From an uncultured Candidatus Saccharibacteria bacterium (GTDB lineage Bacteria > Patescibacteriota > Minisyncoccia > Phycocordibacterales > Zambryskibacteraceae), in contig CAZYGU010000002.1 of NCBI GenBank assembly GCA_964646785.1, positions 1-58,770 of the forward strand: DNA of 58,770 bases. The letters are read 5' to 3'. Shown here piece by piece: positions 1 through 11,400 of this stretch (positions are counted from its first letter, which is position 1; each line of letters opens with the position of its first letter). The notes under the pieces are model-generated. The model saw only the letters and a list, made by a program, of their open reading frames with translations. It had not been told where the DNA came from and searched no databases. A program made the position numbers and the translations under genes.

Positions 1-155
1 TTTGTTTAGAGATAATTGACCACAAGAGAGGAATTATTTCATATATTAGAACTAAGCAAACCTTATTCAGGTGGACGATATATATTCTTATTGCTTTAGC
101 AATTATGAATTTAGGAGTAGCTCGCGAGACACCGTTCATTTATTATCAATTCTGA
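1..155 (+). CDS. 3' end of a gene truncated by the window edge; the C-terminus resembles an MBOAT-family (AlgI/DltB-like) membrane O-acyltransferase
   Basis: Frame 3 is open from the window edge to TGA 153-155 and reads ...FRWTIYILIALAIMNLGVARETPFIYYQF*. A hydrophobic helix followed by a terminal PFIY(F/Y)QF tail is the usual C-terminal end of bacterial MBOAT proteins (recalled family knowledge). The stop lies 1 nt before the next ATG. Confidence 0.4.
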   Translation, partial: CLEIIDHKRGIISYIRTKQTLFRWTIYILIALAIMNLGVARETPFIYYQF

Positions 156-156
156 T

Positions 157-1194
157 ATGAGAAAACTTTTTGTACGATGTACTGTTCTTATTTTAATTTT
201 AGTACTATCCCAGGTGCTTCTTTCTCGTTATCTTGTTCCAAATGTACCCATGCTTACACTTGGTATTCCTGGTATTGGAAAACTTGATACATATCTTAAC
301 CTTCATGAAACGTATAGTACTCTCTATTTTGGTGACAGTATTATAAAAGCATATGCACCAAGTGATCATGATACGCGTTCAATAGCAGAAATGGTGACGG
401 CACAAGATCCAACAATAAAAATTGGCGATATGTCGTCACCTGGGTATGGCCTCAATGTATTTGAAGCTATGGTGACCTATATCTCGCATGCTTCAAAAAA
501 GCCTGATGCAATTATTATTCCAATCAACATGCGTTCATTTTCGCCGCAATGGGATATGCGACCAGAGTATCAATTTGAAAAAGAAATTTTTTTCTTAACA
601 CACAATAAATTTGTTTTTTATTTTGGAAAACCACTTAGTATTTTTCAAGCTGTTAATTTTGAAAGTGTCACAAGCGAAATGTTTCGAGACACACCAGTCT
701 TTAGCGGTAAGACACAAATTGGAACTGTGGGAATATTTGAAGATAAGGCGCGTCAGGACACTATCACTGAAGATATAGTGAAAGATTTTTACCAGTATGA
801 CTACATGGGTCAGCTGGATTCAAATCACAGAAAACTTCTATCGTTGCAGAATATTGCAAACATGGCGAATGAGCACGGTATTCATTTGTATGTCTACATT
901 ACACCAATTGATTATGAGCAGGGGGTTCAATATGTTGGACCAATGTTTAAACAACAAGTGAAAAAGAATACTGATGTAGTGTGTGCTGTTCTTAAAGAAG
1001 AAGGAGTTCCGTGTTTGAACCTTGTTTTCTCAGTTGGTTCAAAAAATTTTGAGCATGGATTACTTCCAAACGAACACATGAAGGAATCTGGAAGAAACAT
1101 AGTGGCTGATGAGCTTGTTCGATTTATTACCTCACAACGTAAACAGAGTACTCAGGGCAGTGCACAGGCTTATGGCGTTGCAAAAGCTAGGTGA
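157..1194 (+). CDS. membrane-anchored protein, possibly the SGNH/GDSL-like partner of the upstream MBOAT
   Basis: 345-aa ORF with an N-terminal TM helix (FVRCTVLILILVLSQVLLS). LYFGDSII resembles the GDS block I of SGNH hydrolases/acyltransferases. The gene order matches MBOAT plus extracytoplasmic SGNH partner pairs. The product call is tentative. Confidence 0.55.
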   Translation: MRKLFVRCTVLILILVLSQVLLSRYLVPNVPMLTLGIPGIGKLDTYLNLHETYSTLYFGDSIIKAYAPSDHDTRSIAEMVTAQDPTIKIGDMSSPGYGLNVFEAMVTYISHASKKPDAIIIPINMRSFSPQWDMRPEYQFEKEIFFLTHNKFVFYFGKPLSIFQAVNFESVTSEMFRDTPVFSGKTQIGTVGIFEDKARQDTITEDIVKDFYQYDYMGQLDSNHRKLLSLQNIANMANEHGIHLYVYITPIDYEQGVQYVGPMFKQQVKKNTDVVCAVLKEEGVPCLNLVFSVGSKNFEHGLLPNEHMKESGRNIVADELVRFITSQRKQSTQGSAQAYGVAKAR

Positions 1195-1210
1195 TATACT
1201 TAATACCAAT

Positions 1211-1642
1211 ATGCCAACAGATTATAGTCATGCAAAATCTGCACCAGTTATTATTATTTTTGTGAAGTATCGTGATAAGTTTCTTTTAGTTAAGCGTAGT
1301 ACCAAAATGCTTACCTACCAAGGTCTTTGGTCATGTTTAGCTGGGTTTGTTGATGACGATAAGACTATGGAGGAGAAAGTTAAGTTTGAAATTGAAGAAG
1401 AACTTGGACTTAATCAGTCTGATATTAAGGAAATAAAAAAAAGTGATACATATCTTTTTGTCGATGATGCTCTTGATCGAGAGTGGATTAGACATTTATA
1501 TCTCGTAGAAATCACGAACCCAAATATCAAGCTTTCATGGGAACACTCAGAACTAGTTTGGACAACTCCTGAGGAGTCAAAAACGTACGAAACAACTCCT
1601 GGTCTTCATGAGGATTTTCAAAAAATTCTTGCATTGCCATAA
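1211..1642 (+). CDS. NUDIX-family hydrolase
   Basis: Nudix-box-like segment GFVDDDKTMEEKVKFEIEEELGL, with the surrounding fold pattern (VIIIFVKYRDKFLLVKRS ... WTTPEE). I start it at ATG 1211 (MPTDYSH...). The track start 1109 would overlap the upstream gene by 86 nt. Confidence 0.7.
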   Translation: MPTDYSHAKSAPVIIIFVKYRDKFLLVKRSTKMLTYQGLWSCLAGFVDDDKTMEEKVKFEIEEELGLNQSDIKEIKKSDTYLFVDDALDREWIRHLYLVEITNPNIKLSWEHSELVWTTPEESKTYETTPGLHEDFQKILALP

Positions 1643-1701
1643 TGTGTAAAAAGTAGGTTTTGTACTCGTCGTTACGAACTTTTTTGTAGTACAATTACTT
1701 C

Positions 1702-2991
1702 ATGCGTTCTCTATCATTATCTGGTTTTAACTCATTTGACGATCATCAATATGTTGTTCACATGCCTTTTGAGGCACTTCAAAAACGCATACTTGATGTT
1801 CAGTTTGATTTTTCATATAAAACTCCACTTCATTTTCTTTCATATCTTGAGGACCAATCATTAAGAGATTCTTATCAAGTTCTAAAAAATAAAAAAGATA
1901 CACCTGAACTCAAGACAGTATTTGTTCTCGGTATTGGCGGTGCAAATCTTGGTGCACAAGCAATCATTGATGCATTTCCGAAACACGAATCTGCTCGATC
2001 ATTTGTTTTTCTTGATACTTTGTATGAAGGAGAGGAAGATGAAATCCGCTCAATAACTCAATCGTTTAAAGATCCCAATGAATTTCTTATTATCGTTATA
2101 AGTAAATCTGGTAAGACAATAGAGACGGTTGTAAATGCAAAACTTCTTCTTTCAATTTTAGAAGAGCGTTTTAGTACAGTGAAAGAAAGAATTATTGTTG
2201 TTACAAGTAAGGAGTCACCACTTCACATGTGGGCACACCATCATTCAATTACTATATCGACGATTCCGCAAGCACTTACAGAAAGATTCGGTCTTTTTTC
2301 ACCAGTTGTTATGGTTCCGCTTTTGTTCAGTAATCTTTCCCTTGATGATTTGTATGATGGAGCAAAAAAGGCACTCCATGATTTTACTCAAGTCAAAAAA
2401 AATACAGCACCTCATGTTGTACGAGTTGCAACTGCTCTTGATAAAAGAATTTCTAACAACATTCCAACCATTATTGATTTTTTCTTTTTCAATAAGAATC
2501 TTGAGCAGGTAGGGAAATGGAGTAGACAATTATTTGCTGAAAGCTTAGGTAAGTCTCAAACTTCACTTGGGCAAGCTTTTCAGAAGTCTATTACTCCTAC
2601 AGTATCTGTTGGAACGACTGATCTCCATTCTATGTTGCAGTTATATCTTAGTCAGCCAGAACATCGCATAGCATGGTTTTTTAATGTTGAATCAGATCAT
2701 ACAAATACAATTGGAGATGCAAAAATTTTACATGAAATATTACCAAAACTTTCTGAAGAGACTCCAGAATTTATCCTTAAGGTTATTTACGATAGTGTTA
2801 TCCAAACGTACACAGAACATCAACTTCCATATGTTGAAAGTACACTAGAGTCGGTATCAGAATTTGATCTTGGTTTTCATATGATGAATGAAATGCTTGT
2901 TGTTATTATTCTTTCAGAATTATGGAATGTAAATCCGTATGATCAGCCACATGTGGAAGGGTATAAATTCCTCATTAGGAAAGCCTTGTAA
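1702..2991 (+). CDS. pgi: glucose-6-phosphate isomerase (short bacterial/archaeal type)
   Basis: SIS/PGI motifs VFVLGIGGANLG, IVISKSGKTIET and FAESLGK, plus a C-terminal YDQPHVEGYK that resembles PGI signature 2. Confidence 0.75.
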   Translation: MRSLSLSGFNSFDDHQYVVHMPFEALQKRILDVQFDFSYKTPLHFLSYLEDQSLRDSYQVLKNKKDTPELKTVFVLGIGGANLGAQAIIDAFPKHESARSFVFLDTLYEGEEDEIRSITQSFKDPNEFLIIVISKSGKTIETVVNAKLLLSILEERFSTVKERIIVVTSKESPLHMWAHHHSITISTIPQALTERFGLFSPVVMVPLLFSNLSLDDLYDGAKKALHDFTQVKKNTAPHVVRVATALDKRISNNIPTIIDFFFFNKNLEQVGKWSRQLFAESLGKSQTSLGQAFQKSITPTVSVGTTDLHSMLQLYLSQPEHRIAWFFNVESDHTNTIGDAKILHEILPKLSEETPEFILKVIYDSVIQTYTEHQLPYVESTLESVSEFDLGFHMMNEMLVVIILSELWNVNPYDQPHVEGYKFLIRKAL

Positions 2992-3007
2992 TAAGCCTCA
3001 TTATGCG

Positions 3008-3016
3008 TGGTATAAT
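3008..3016 (+). promoter_or_regulatory. extended -10 promoter element (TGgTATAAT), 8 nt upstream of ATG 3025
   Basis: tggtataat at 3008-3016. The short distance to the start codon implies a leaderless or near-leaderless transcript. Confidence 0.4.
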
Positions 3017-3024
3017 GGGTATAT

Positions 3025-3756
3025 ATGAGAGAGAAGAAGCTTACGTATATTATCTTATTTCTTCTGGTCGTAGTAGCAACGCTAGTAGTGCTGCTTTCGT
3101 TTAGTGAAAGTAGCACAAATGCACCGCCTACACCGATTCAGACCGAAAAAGAATCGGTTGTACCTCCAATAAAAAATTCACCAGAAGTCACGAATGGTTG
3201 GAAATCATTTTCAGCACAAGGTATTACTATAAAGACACCTTCTTATGTAAGTGTTCGTCTTGGTACAAGTTTACGAAATATTCTTGCTACATATGATTTT
3301 ATTCTCACTCCAAATCCAAATATTGATTTTGCAACATTTAGTACAAAATTGCAGATTATTTCAGCTCAAGACTTTGTGCTAGATCTCTCTGATAAATTTC
3401 TTTCATATAACCCTTCGAATCAAAGCTGGTATATGAACAAAAACCTTGAAGATAAACCAAATAAAGATCACAACACATACCAACATTTGTATGATGAGCA
3501 AAATGCGTATGTTCCAAAAATTTTTGGGACAACACACGATGGTGTAAATATATTTGGGCCATTTGTATTAGGAGACACTGAGCGAGGAAAGATGGTTTAC
3601 CTAATTCCGATTCAAGCTCAAAATAAAGTATTAAGTTTTGAACTCACCTATAACCTAGAGGCGGTAGTGAATAGTTCTGCGTCTATTAAAAAATTAAAAG
3701 TAACCTTTGATTCTGATTTACCACTGATCATGAAAAGTGTTTCATTAAATCCATAA
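3025..3756 (+). CDS. hypothetical exported/membrane-anchored protein
   Basis: 243-aa ORF with an N-terminal hydrophobic helix (LTYIILFLLVVVATLVVLLSF). I recognise no motif. Confidence 0.6.
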   Translation: MREKKLTYIILFLLVVVATLVVLLSFSESSTNAPPTPIQTEKESVVPPIKNSPEVTNGWKSFSAQGITIKTPSYVSVRLGTSLRNILATYDFILTPNPNIDFATFSTKLQIISAQDFVLDLSDKFLSYNPSNQSWYMNKNLEDKPNKDHNTYQHLYDEQNAYVPKIFGTTHDGVNIFGPFVLGDTERGKMVYLIPIQAQNKVLSFELTYNLEAVVNSSASIKKLKVTFDSDLPLIMKSVSLNP

Positions 3757-3760
3757 CATA

Positions 3761-4570
3761 ATGCATATTATTTTTGATATTGGTGGTACAAAAACAAGAG
3801 TAACTAGTGCACTTTCGTCAGAAAGTTTTAATGATCCAGTGATACTTGATACCCCGCAATCATATGATGATGGGATTGATCTGCTTAAGAAAACGGTGCT
3901 TAGTCTTTCTGGTGGTCAGCCAATTACTCAAATTATTGGTGGAATTGCTGGGCCTTGGGACGATGTGCAAGGCACACTCATAAGTAGTGATAATTTACCT
4001 GATTGGGCAGGAAAACCTTTAAAACAAGACCTTGAGAAATCTTTTTATACAACGGTATCCATAGATAATGATGCAGTAATGGTTGGTATCGGAGAAGCTG
4101 TATTTGGGGCTGGTAAAGGGTATGAAATAGTTGCTTATATAACTGTTTCTACAGGGGTTGGAGGAGCAAAAATTGTACATGGAAAAGTAGAGGATCATTC
4201 AGTTGGTTTTGAACCAGGTAAACAAATTTTGGATGCAGAAGGTCATACACTTGAGGATCTTATTTCAGGTAAGGCACTTGAAAAAAGAACAGGAAAAAAG
4301 CCAATTGATATCCGCGATGAAGTGATATGGGATAGCTTAGCAAAGAACCTTGCATTCGGACTTAATAATATTATTGTTGATTGGTCTCCTGATGTTGTAG
4401 TGCTGGGTGGTTCGATGATGAATCACGTTGGCATATCTGTTGAGAAAACTCAGCAGTATGTAACACAAATACTGAAAGTATTTCCAATTGTTCCACCGAT
4501 CAAGAAGGCAACTCTTGGTGACATTGGAGGTTTATATGGTGGGCTTGCGAGAATGCGAAAGAATGCGTAA
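3761..4570 (+). CDS. ROK-family sugar kinase (glucokinase-like)
   Basis: N-terminal IIFDIGGTKTRV (phosphate-1), DNDAVMVGIGEAVFGAGKG, and ITVSTGVGGAKIV. It lacks the Cys-rich Zn motif found in many ROK proteins. Confidence 0.65.
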   Translation: MHIIFDIGGTKTRVTSALSSESFNDPVILDTPQSYDDGIDLLKKTVLSLSGGQPITQIIGGIAGPWDDVQGTLISSDNLPDWAGKPLKQDLEKSFYTTVSIDNDAVMVGIGEAVFGAGKGYEIVAYITVSTGVGGAKIVHGKVEDHSVGFEPGKQILDAEGHTLEDLISGKALEKRTGKKPIDIRDEVIWDSLAKNLAFGLNNIIVDWSPDVVVLGGSMMNHVGISVEKTQQYVTQILKVFPIVPPIKKATLGDIGGLYGGLARMRKNA

Positions 4571-4601
4571 AATCATCATCTTACTGAAATAAATACATAG
4601 T

Positions 4602-4823
4602 ATGATTCAAAACTTTTTGATGAGGAAAATGATGGAGTCGAAAATGAAGGATGTTCCTGTTGAACAAAGGGAACAAATATTTTCAATGATTGAAAAAAAT
4701 CCAGATTTTTTTAAAAATATTGTGAGTGAAATACAAGCTGAAGTTGAAAAAGGAAAAGATCAAATGGCAGCAACGATGGAGGTAATGCAAAGACATCAAG
4801 AAGAATTAAAAGGAATGTTATAG
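4602..4823 (+). CDS. small hypothetical helical protein (73 aa)
   Basis: The ORF is followed directly by a rho-independent terminator. The sequence is charged and helical with no recognisable family. Confidence 0.45.
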   Translation: MIQNFLMRKMMESKMKDVPVEQREQIFSMIEKNPDFFKNIVSEIQAEVEKGKDQMAATMEVMQRHQEELKGML

Positions 4824-4830
4824 AAATTAA

Positions 4831-4859
4831 AACTACACAAACTAATTGTGTAGTTTTTT
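4831..4859 (+). terminator. rho-independent terminator
   Basis: A perfect 10-bp stem, aactacacaa (4831-4840) paired with ttgtgtagtt (4846-4855), with a 5-nt loop and a following T-run. Confidence 0.65.
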
Positions 4860-5466
4860 AATGTGGATAACTCACCATCATCAACACAATAATAATTTAC
4901 AGATGTACAACAATGTAGGGAAGTATTAAGTGTTAAAAATTATTACCACCTGCTTCTTATTTGGTTACAGTAAAAAAATTTATGATATGAAATTAGCTAG
5001 TAGTCAAAAATACAAATTATTTTTTGGTGAGTTGTCGTGAAACACGCACGGTATGGTAATTTCAATATTTGAAGTGTATAAATCAGAACTTTTTGTATTA
5101 CAACTATATTAGGCACTGAATATATAAAGATTAGTAATGTTTATTAATGTTTTGTCCTTACCATATATATGACTTATTCAACGCAGCTGATGTATGAATA
5201 CATAACTACCTAGTTATTCAACTAAATATTGCTACTTTAGAATAATAAATAATATGTTTCACATTTAAATATCATGATGAAAAAAGTGCTCATTCATCAA
5301 AAAACTTTTTTTAAATGTTTCGATTGCATTTGTTATTGATAGGAGAAAATAATTTAAATTGGGTTTTGATCAGCAAAATTTCATCCCATTTTGGTTTACA
5401 AAATACATCTAATTCTGTTCATGTTTTTTTGTATATAACAGGAGCAAATATTGTTAAAATTTCAGT

Positions 5467-8400
5467 ATGTTCACGCGTACATTTTCGTTGCGGATCTTGT
5501 CGCTAACTAAAATCATTTTGGTTTGTTTTTTTGTCGCATGTGTATTTCCATTGTTTGCAAACGCAGATGATACTTTGAGTGTGACACCGGAATCTGAGAC
5601 CACGCAAATTGCGGATACATCTTTGATTCCCGAAATTACTTCAACTCAATCAACTGAAAATAATTCAACTAACAGTGTGTCCATCGAGACTCCAGTTGAA
5701 CCAGTAGTTGAAGATGGTCCAAGCACTACTTTATCTGATGAAGCAAATGTATTAACTACACACGAAGAAGTATCGTATGTTGATCTTTCGACTTCAACAC
5801 CAACTACTACAGTTCAAATCACTTCAGATGTTTCTGATGAAGACGTTGAGAACGTTGATGCTGCTACATCGAGCAGTGGCAGTGTTTCTGCATTATCAAC
5901 GTTGCCAACCATAATTGAGACTTATGATGGTACTGGCAAAACAGTCGTGGTTTCAGCAACACCTGAGCAAGAGCTCATAACTCCAATGATAAATGTTCCG
6001 GTTCATACACAAATTCCTGAAATATTTAAAGTTGGTCAGGAGAATCAAATAAAAATTAAATGGCAAAACAACGGAAATGAGGAGATGTCGTTTGTTGCAA
6101 CCGACGAGGATAGTAATGGATATATTGATCATGTTGCGTGGGTAGTGCCACATCTCTCGACTCAAACTTTCTCTATTATTTATATTTCGAATGCACTACA
6201 GTTAGATTCAGATAAAAATGTAATTGCTGATATATATAATGTAGTTCGAAATGTTGACGGTGCCTATGCGCCACTTTTAAATGGTCAGTTTGTTCGTGTG
6301 ACATTTGAGCAGATCCTTGATAACACAAAAGATATAACGCTGTATGCGAGACCTCATAATGAAAGAGATTCTGTAAGGGTTGAAATATATACGTTAGATG
6401 GAAGTTATATAACTACTATTGATGCCATAGACCATGATGGTAAGTACAGAGTGCTCCTTACTGATCTTGCAACTTCAACTGATACTTTTGATTTGAAAAT
6501 TATTGGGGATATTGATATCGATCAAATTATAGACCCAGCACCTGCTACAGCATATTGGGTTGGTGGAACTGGAGATTGGTCAGACGCAGCAAACCACTGG
6601 GCAGCATCGTCGAACGGAGCACCAGGTGCAGGAAATGCACCTGACGCGACAAGTAACGTAGTTTTCGATGCATCATCGGGCGGTGCAGCAACGGTAGTTA
6701 CTATTGATACAAATGTCACTGTTGGTTCTATGACAATCAGTGGGTACACTGGCACAATTCTCCAAAATGCAAATCTTTCAATTACGAATTCTGGAGGCCG
6801 GTCTGGGAATTATACTCAGAACTCAGCTGTAACATTTACCGCAATAAATCCAGGAACAAATACGCTGTCAGTAACTGGAAGCTTCACATTAAATGCAGGT
6901 GTATTTCGAAGATACACAGGTCTCGGTATTAGTAGTGATCCATTTCTAATTTTTGATGTGTACGGATTGCAAGCAATGAAAACAACTGCAACAAGTACAT
7001 ACAAATTGAATAATAATATTGACGCAGCAACTACTACTGGTTGGAACACTGGTGCAGGTTTTGATCCAGTAGGAACTCTCGCAAATCCATTTACAGGAAT
7101 TTTCGATGGAAATAATTTTGCAATTAATAATTTGTATATTAGTACCACAACATCAAGTTATGTTGGTCTTTTTGGGTATTCCACGAACCTTGTAAAAAAT
7201 GTGAGTATCTTAGATGTTTCAATATCTGCGACAAGTACAGCTGGTACAGTTGGTAGTACTGGAGCAAATGGATCAGACGGTGCAGCAACCTCAAATGGTG
7301 TTGCTGGTGGTGCGGGTACGGCAGGAAGTACTTTGTATTTAGGTGGAGTGGTTGGATATAACACTGGAACAATTACAAATGTAAGTGTTACAGGAAATAT
7401 TATTGGTACTGGAGGTGCGGGTGGAGCTGGTGGAAACGGAGGAAACGGAGGAAACATTACAACAGGTGCAAATGCAGGTGGAACTGGTGGTGCGGCAGCA
7501 AGTAACGCAGCTGCAACAGGAGGTCTCGCATACGTGGGAGGAGTTGTTGGGTATTCTCAGCAAGGAAGTATTACTTTGGCGACAAGCTCAGCGTCTGTCA
7601 CAGGTGTTGGTGGTGCTGGAGGTTCAAGTGGTAATGCTGGAAACGGAGGAAATGGATCTGTTGCTGGAGTTGGTACAGGTACGGGAGGCGCTGGTGGAGC
7701 GGCTGGAGTTGCTGGTGCAGGAAACATTGCATATGTTGGAGGTCTTATAGGGTGGGTCAATGCAGGAACAATTGATGAGTCGTATGCAACAGGAAATGTA
7801 ACTGCAAGAGGTGGTGCAGGAGGTAATGCAGGAACATCGGGTACAGGTGGAAATGCAGGAGTTGGAGGAGGAGGTGCAAACCTTGGTGGTATCGGCGGCG
7901 CGGGTGCTGCTGGTGGAGCGGCTGGAACAACGTATGCTGGAGGTCTTGTAGGAAATAATTCGGGCACTATTGAAAATGGAAGTTATGCGACTGGTATAGT
8001 GCAAGCAACTGGAGGTACTCCTGGTAATGCTTCTGCTGGAAGTTCAGGTGGTGCTTCTGCTGCAGGTTCAGTTATCGCTGCTGCATCAGGTGCAACAGCA
8101 ATTGGTGGTGCGGGAGGTGCTGGAGCCATTGCATATGCCGGAGGTTTAGTTGCTCAAAATAATACTCCCGGATTCATTAACGGTTCGATATCAAATGTCT
8201 ATTCAACTGGGTCTGTTACAGCAACTGGTACTGCTGGAAAAAATGGAGCAGCAGGAGGAGCGGGAGGAAGCGCATCACTCACAACTACCGGTACTGGTGG
8301 TGTTGGAGGTGCCGCGGGAAACGGAGGTGCGGGTGGAGCTGCGTACAGTGGAGGATTGGTTGGAATAAATTTGGGATCAATTATCACAGCAAACTCGTTA

Positions 8401-11400
8401 ACTGGAGTTGTAACAGTTGTTGGTGGTGACGGTGGCATTGGTGGCACTGGAGGATCGGGTGGGGCTAAAGGATCAGCGGGAACATCTGGAGCTGGAGGAG
8501 CGAGTGGTGCTGGAGGTTCTGCTGCAATTTCTTCTACGTATGCTGGAGGACTTGTTGGTAGTAATACAGGTACAATTCGTTTTGCATATTCTACAAACGC
8601 AGTAAATGGTCAAGCTGGTGCTGGAGGTGCTGGAGGAACTGGTGTTGCTGCTCAGACTGGTCTTGCGGGTCTTGCAGGTGGAACTGGTGGTGCTGCTGGA
8701 GTTTTATATATTGGAGGTGTTGTGGGTAACAATACACTTGCCATTGTAGATAGTTATCATACAACCGGAAATATAAATGGTACCGCTGGAGCTGGTGGTG
8801 CAGCTGGGGCGGGTGGTGCTGGAGGCACGTGGTCTGGAGGAACTCAAGGGGCTGCAGGAACGGCGATTATTGGAGGAATTGTATATGCCGGTGGTGTGGT
8901 TGGAAATAATACAGGTACTTCACTTCTTAATGTGTACTCAACAGTAGATGTTACAGGAACTTCAGGTGCGGGAGGTGCTGGCGCAAACGGAGGTGCTGGC
9001 TACACATTTACAACTGGAGTTGCGGGTGTTGCCGGAAGCGTTGGACTCACCGGAGGTATTGCATATGTTGGTGGAGTTGTCGGATTTTTAAATAATGGAG
9101 AAATTCAAAATTCATATTCAACAGGCACGATCACAGCTCAAGGTGGAAACGGCGGAAATGGAGGTAACGGAGGAAATGGTGGTGCGGGAACAGCGGGTAC
9201 AGGAGGTGTCGGTGGTGCTGGAGCTGCAGGTGGAACTGGTGGTGCAGCATTTGCAGGTGGTGTTGCAGGAAACATTGTTTTGGGAACTGTTTCTGGAAGT
9301 TACAACACAGGAAATATTATTGTGAACGGAGGAAACGGGGGGACTGCAGGTAACGGAGGTAGCGGAGGAATTGGTGGAACAAGCTTTGCTGGAGGTACTG
9401 GTACTGTTGCAGGTGCTGGTGGAGCCGGAGCTGCCGCTGCGGGAGGCGGAGTTGCAGGACAGAGCGCTGGTGTAATTCAAGCTTCTTCATACTCAACTGG
9501 AAATGTAACCTCAACTGGAGGAACTGCACAGGTTGGAGGAATTGGAGGAAACGGAGGAGCGTCTACTGGAACATTTGTTGGAGCTGGAGCGGTTGGAGGT
9601 GCTGGAGGCGCTGGAGGTGCCGGAGCAATTGCTTATGCTGCGGGTATTTCTGGTAACAACACAAACACAATTCAAAATTCTTATGCGAGTGGGATTATGT
9701 CTGCGGTTGCCTCTGCGGGCGCAAACGGAGGTGCGGCAGGTCTTGGAGGAAGTAACGCTTCTGGAGGTTCTTCAAGTACCGGTGCTGCTGGTGCAAACGG
9801 AGGCGCTGGAGGTGCGAGTGCTGTTGCGTATGCAGGAGGTATTGCAGGTTTGAACACAGCAATTATTACTAATACATATATTGAATCAGGATCAGCGAGC
9901 TCACTTGGAAGTGCTGGAGGTGCTGGAATAGTTGGAGGTGTTGGAGGAACTGCTGGAACTGGAGCTTTGGGTGCCATTGGTGGAACCGGAGGTGCCGGTG
10001 CTGGTGGTGGAATTGGATATGCTGGTGGGCTTGTTGCGTTTAACTCTGCAGGAACAATAAATAATTCTCACTCATTTATTACTGCAAGTTCAACAGGCGG
10101 TACTTCTGGTATTGGTGGAAACGGAGGCGGAGGTGGTTATGGAAGCACCGGTGGAACTGGTGGTATTGGTGTTGTTGGTGCTGCGGGCTATGCCGGAGGT
10201 GCGGTTGGAATGAACACTGGGGTAATCAACAATTCTTATGCAACAGGAAATGCAATTGCAACTGGAGGTGCCGGTAGCTCAAACGGTGCTGGTGGAAACG
10301 GTGGATCAAGCAGCACTTCTGCAGGCGGTGCTGGTGGAGCTGCGGGTGCCGCAACAACTAACCTTGGTGGTGTTGGATATGCTGGTGGGCTTGTTGGATT
10401 CAATTCAACAAACGGAAGCATTCAAGGTGCATCACATGCAAGTGGTAATGCTACTTCAACTGGAGGTACAGGAGCGAGCGGACTCACCGGTGGTTCAGGT
10501 GCTTCATCTACTGGGGCATTCACGGGAGGTACTGGTGTAGCTGGAGGTGCCGGACTTGCAGGAGGTGTTGCTGCTGCCGGAGGACTTATTGGATTTAATT
10601 CTGGATCAGTTGCTTCTGATTCATACGCAGGTGGAAATGCTTATGCAAACGGAGGAAATGGAGGCAACGGAGGAAATGGAGGAAATGGAGGAGCGAGTGG
10701 TGCTGGTGTTGTTGGAGTTGCAGGTGTTGGAGGTGGAGCGGGACTCACTGGTGGTGCTGCATATGCTGGAGGTGTGATTGGTAACGACAGCGTACTTGGT
10801 ACAACAATTTCAATTCCAAACACAACAGGGACAGTTGCTTCTCTTGGTGGTACTGGTGGAACTGGTGGAAGTGGTGGTAACGGTGGAAATGGTGGGAGCA
10901 CAGCGGGAGCAATTGGTGGAGCTGGAGGTACGGCTGGTGCTGGAGGAAACGGTGGACTTGCTGCGAGCGGTGGAGTGCTCGGTTTTAATGCTGGGGTAAT
11001 TCATGATGTGACTTATACAATCACATCAATTACTGCGCTCGGTGGAGTTGCTGGAACTGGAGGCACAGGAGGAAATGCTGGAGCGTCAGGAAACGTTGCT
11101 GCAAGTGCCGGTGCAACTGCAGGTAACGGAGGTGCTGGTGGTATTGGCGGAGCTACATATATAGGTGGACTTGTTGGCGACAACTCGGGAGTGATTGTTG
11201 ATTCAATTGTTACAGGAAGTCTCACTGCAGTTGGAAGAAATGGAGGTAACGGTGGAAATGGTGGTGTTGGTGGAAGTGGATCTCTTGGAACTGGAGGTCA
11301 TGCTGGAGGTATTGGTGGAGCTGGAGGAAACGGATCTTCTGGAGGTGCTGTATATATTGGAGGACTTGCTGGTCAAGGAAACGGAAATATTCAAAAATCT

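Noticed and set aside
2195-2529. ORFs 2195-2512(+) and 2299-2529(-) inside pgi. Similar nested ORFs occur inside leuS, alaS, dnaK, ychF and other housekeeping genes.
   Set aside because: They are nested in well-supported housekeeping genes. AT-rich low-complexity translations like these are typical frame artefacts.
5315-5506. 63-aa ORF overlapping the start of the giant gene.
   Set aside because: It has a low-complexity, AT-driven sequence and a different frame that overlaps the signal-peptide codons. It has no motif or RBS, and most likely it is part of the non-coding leader.
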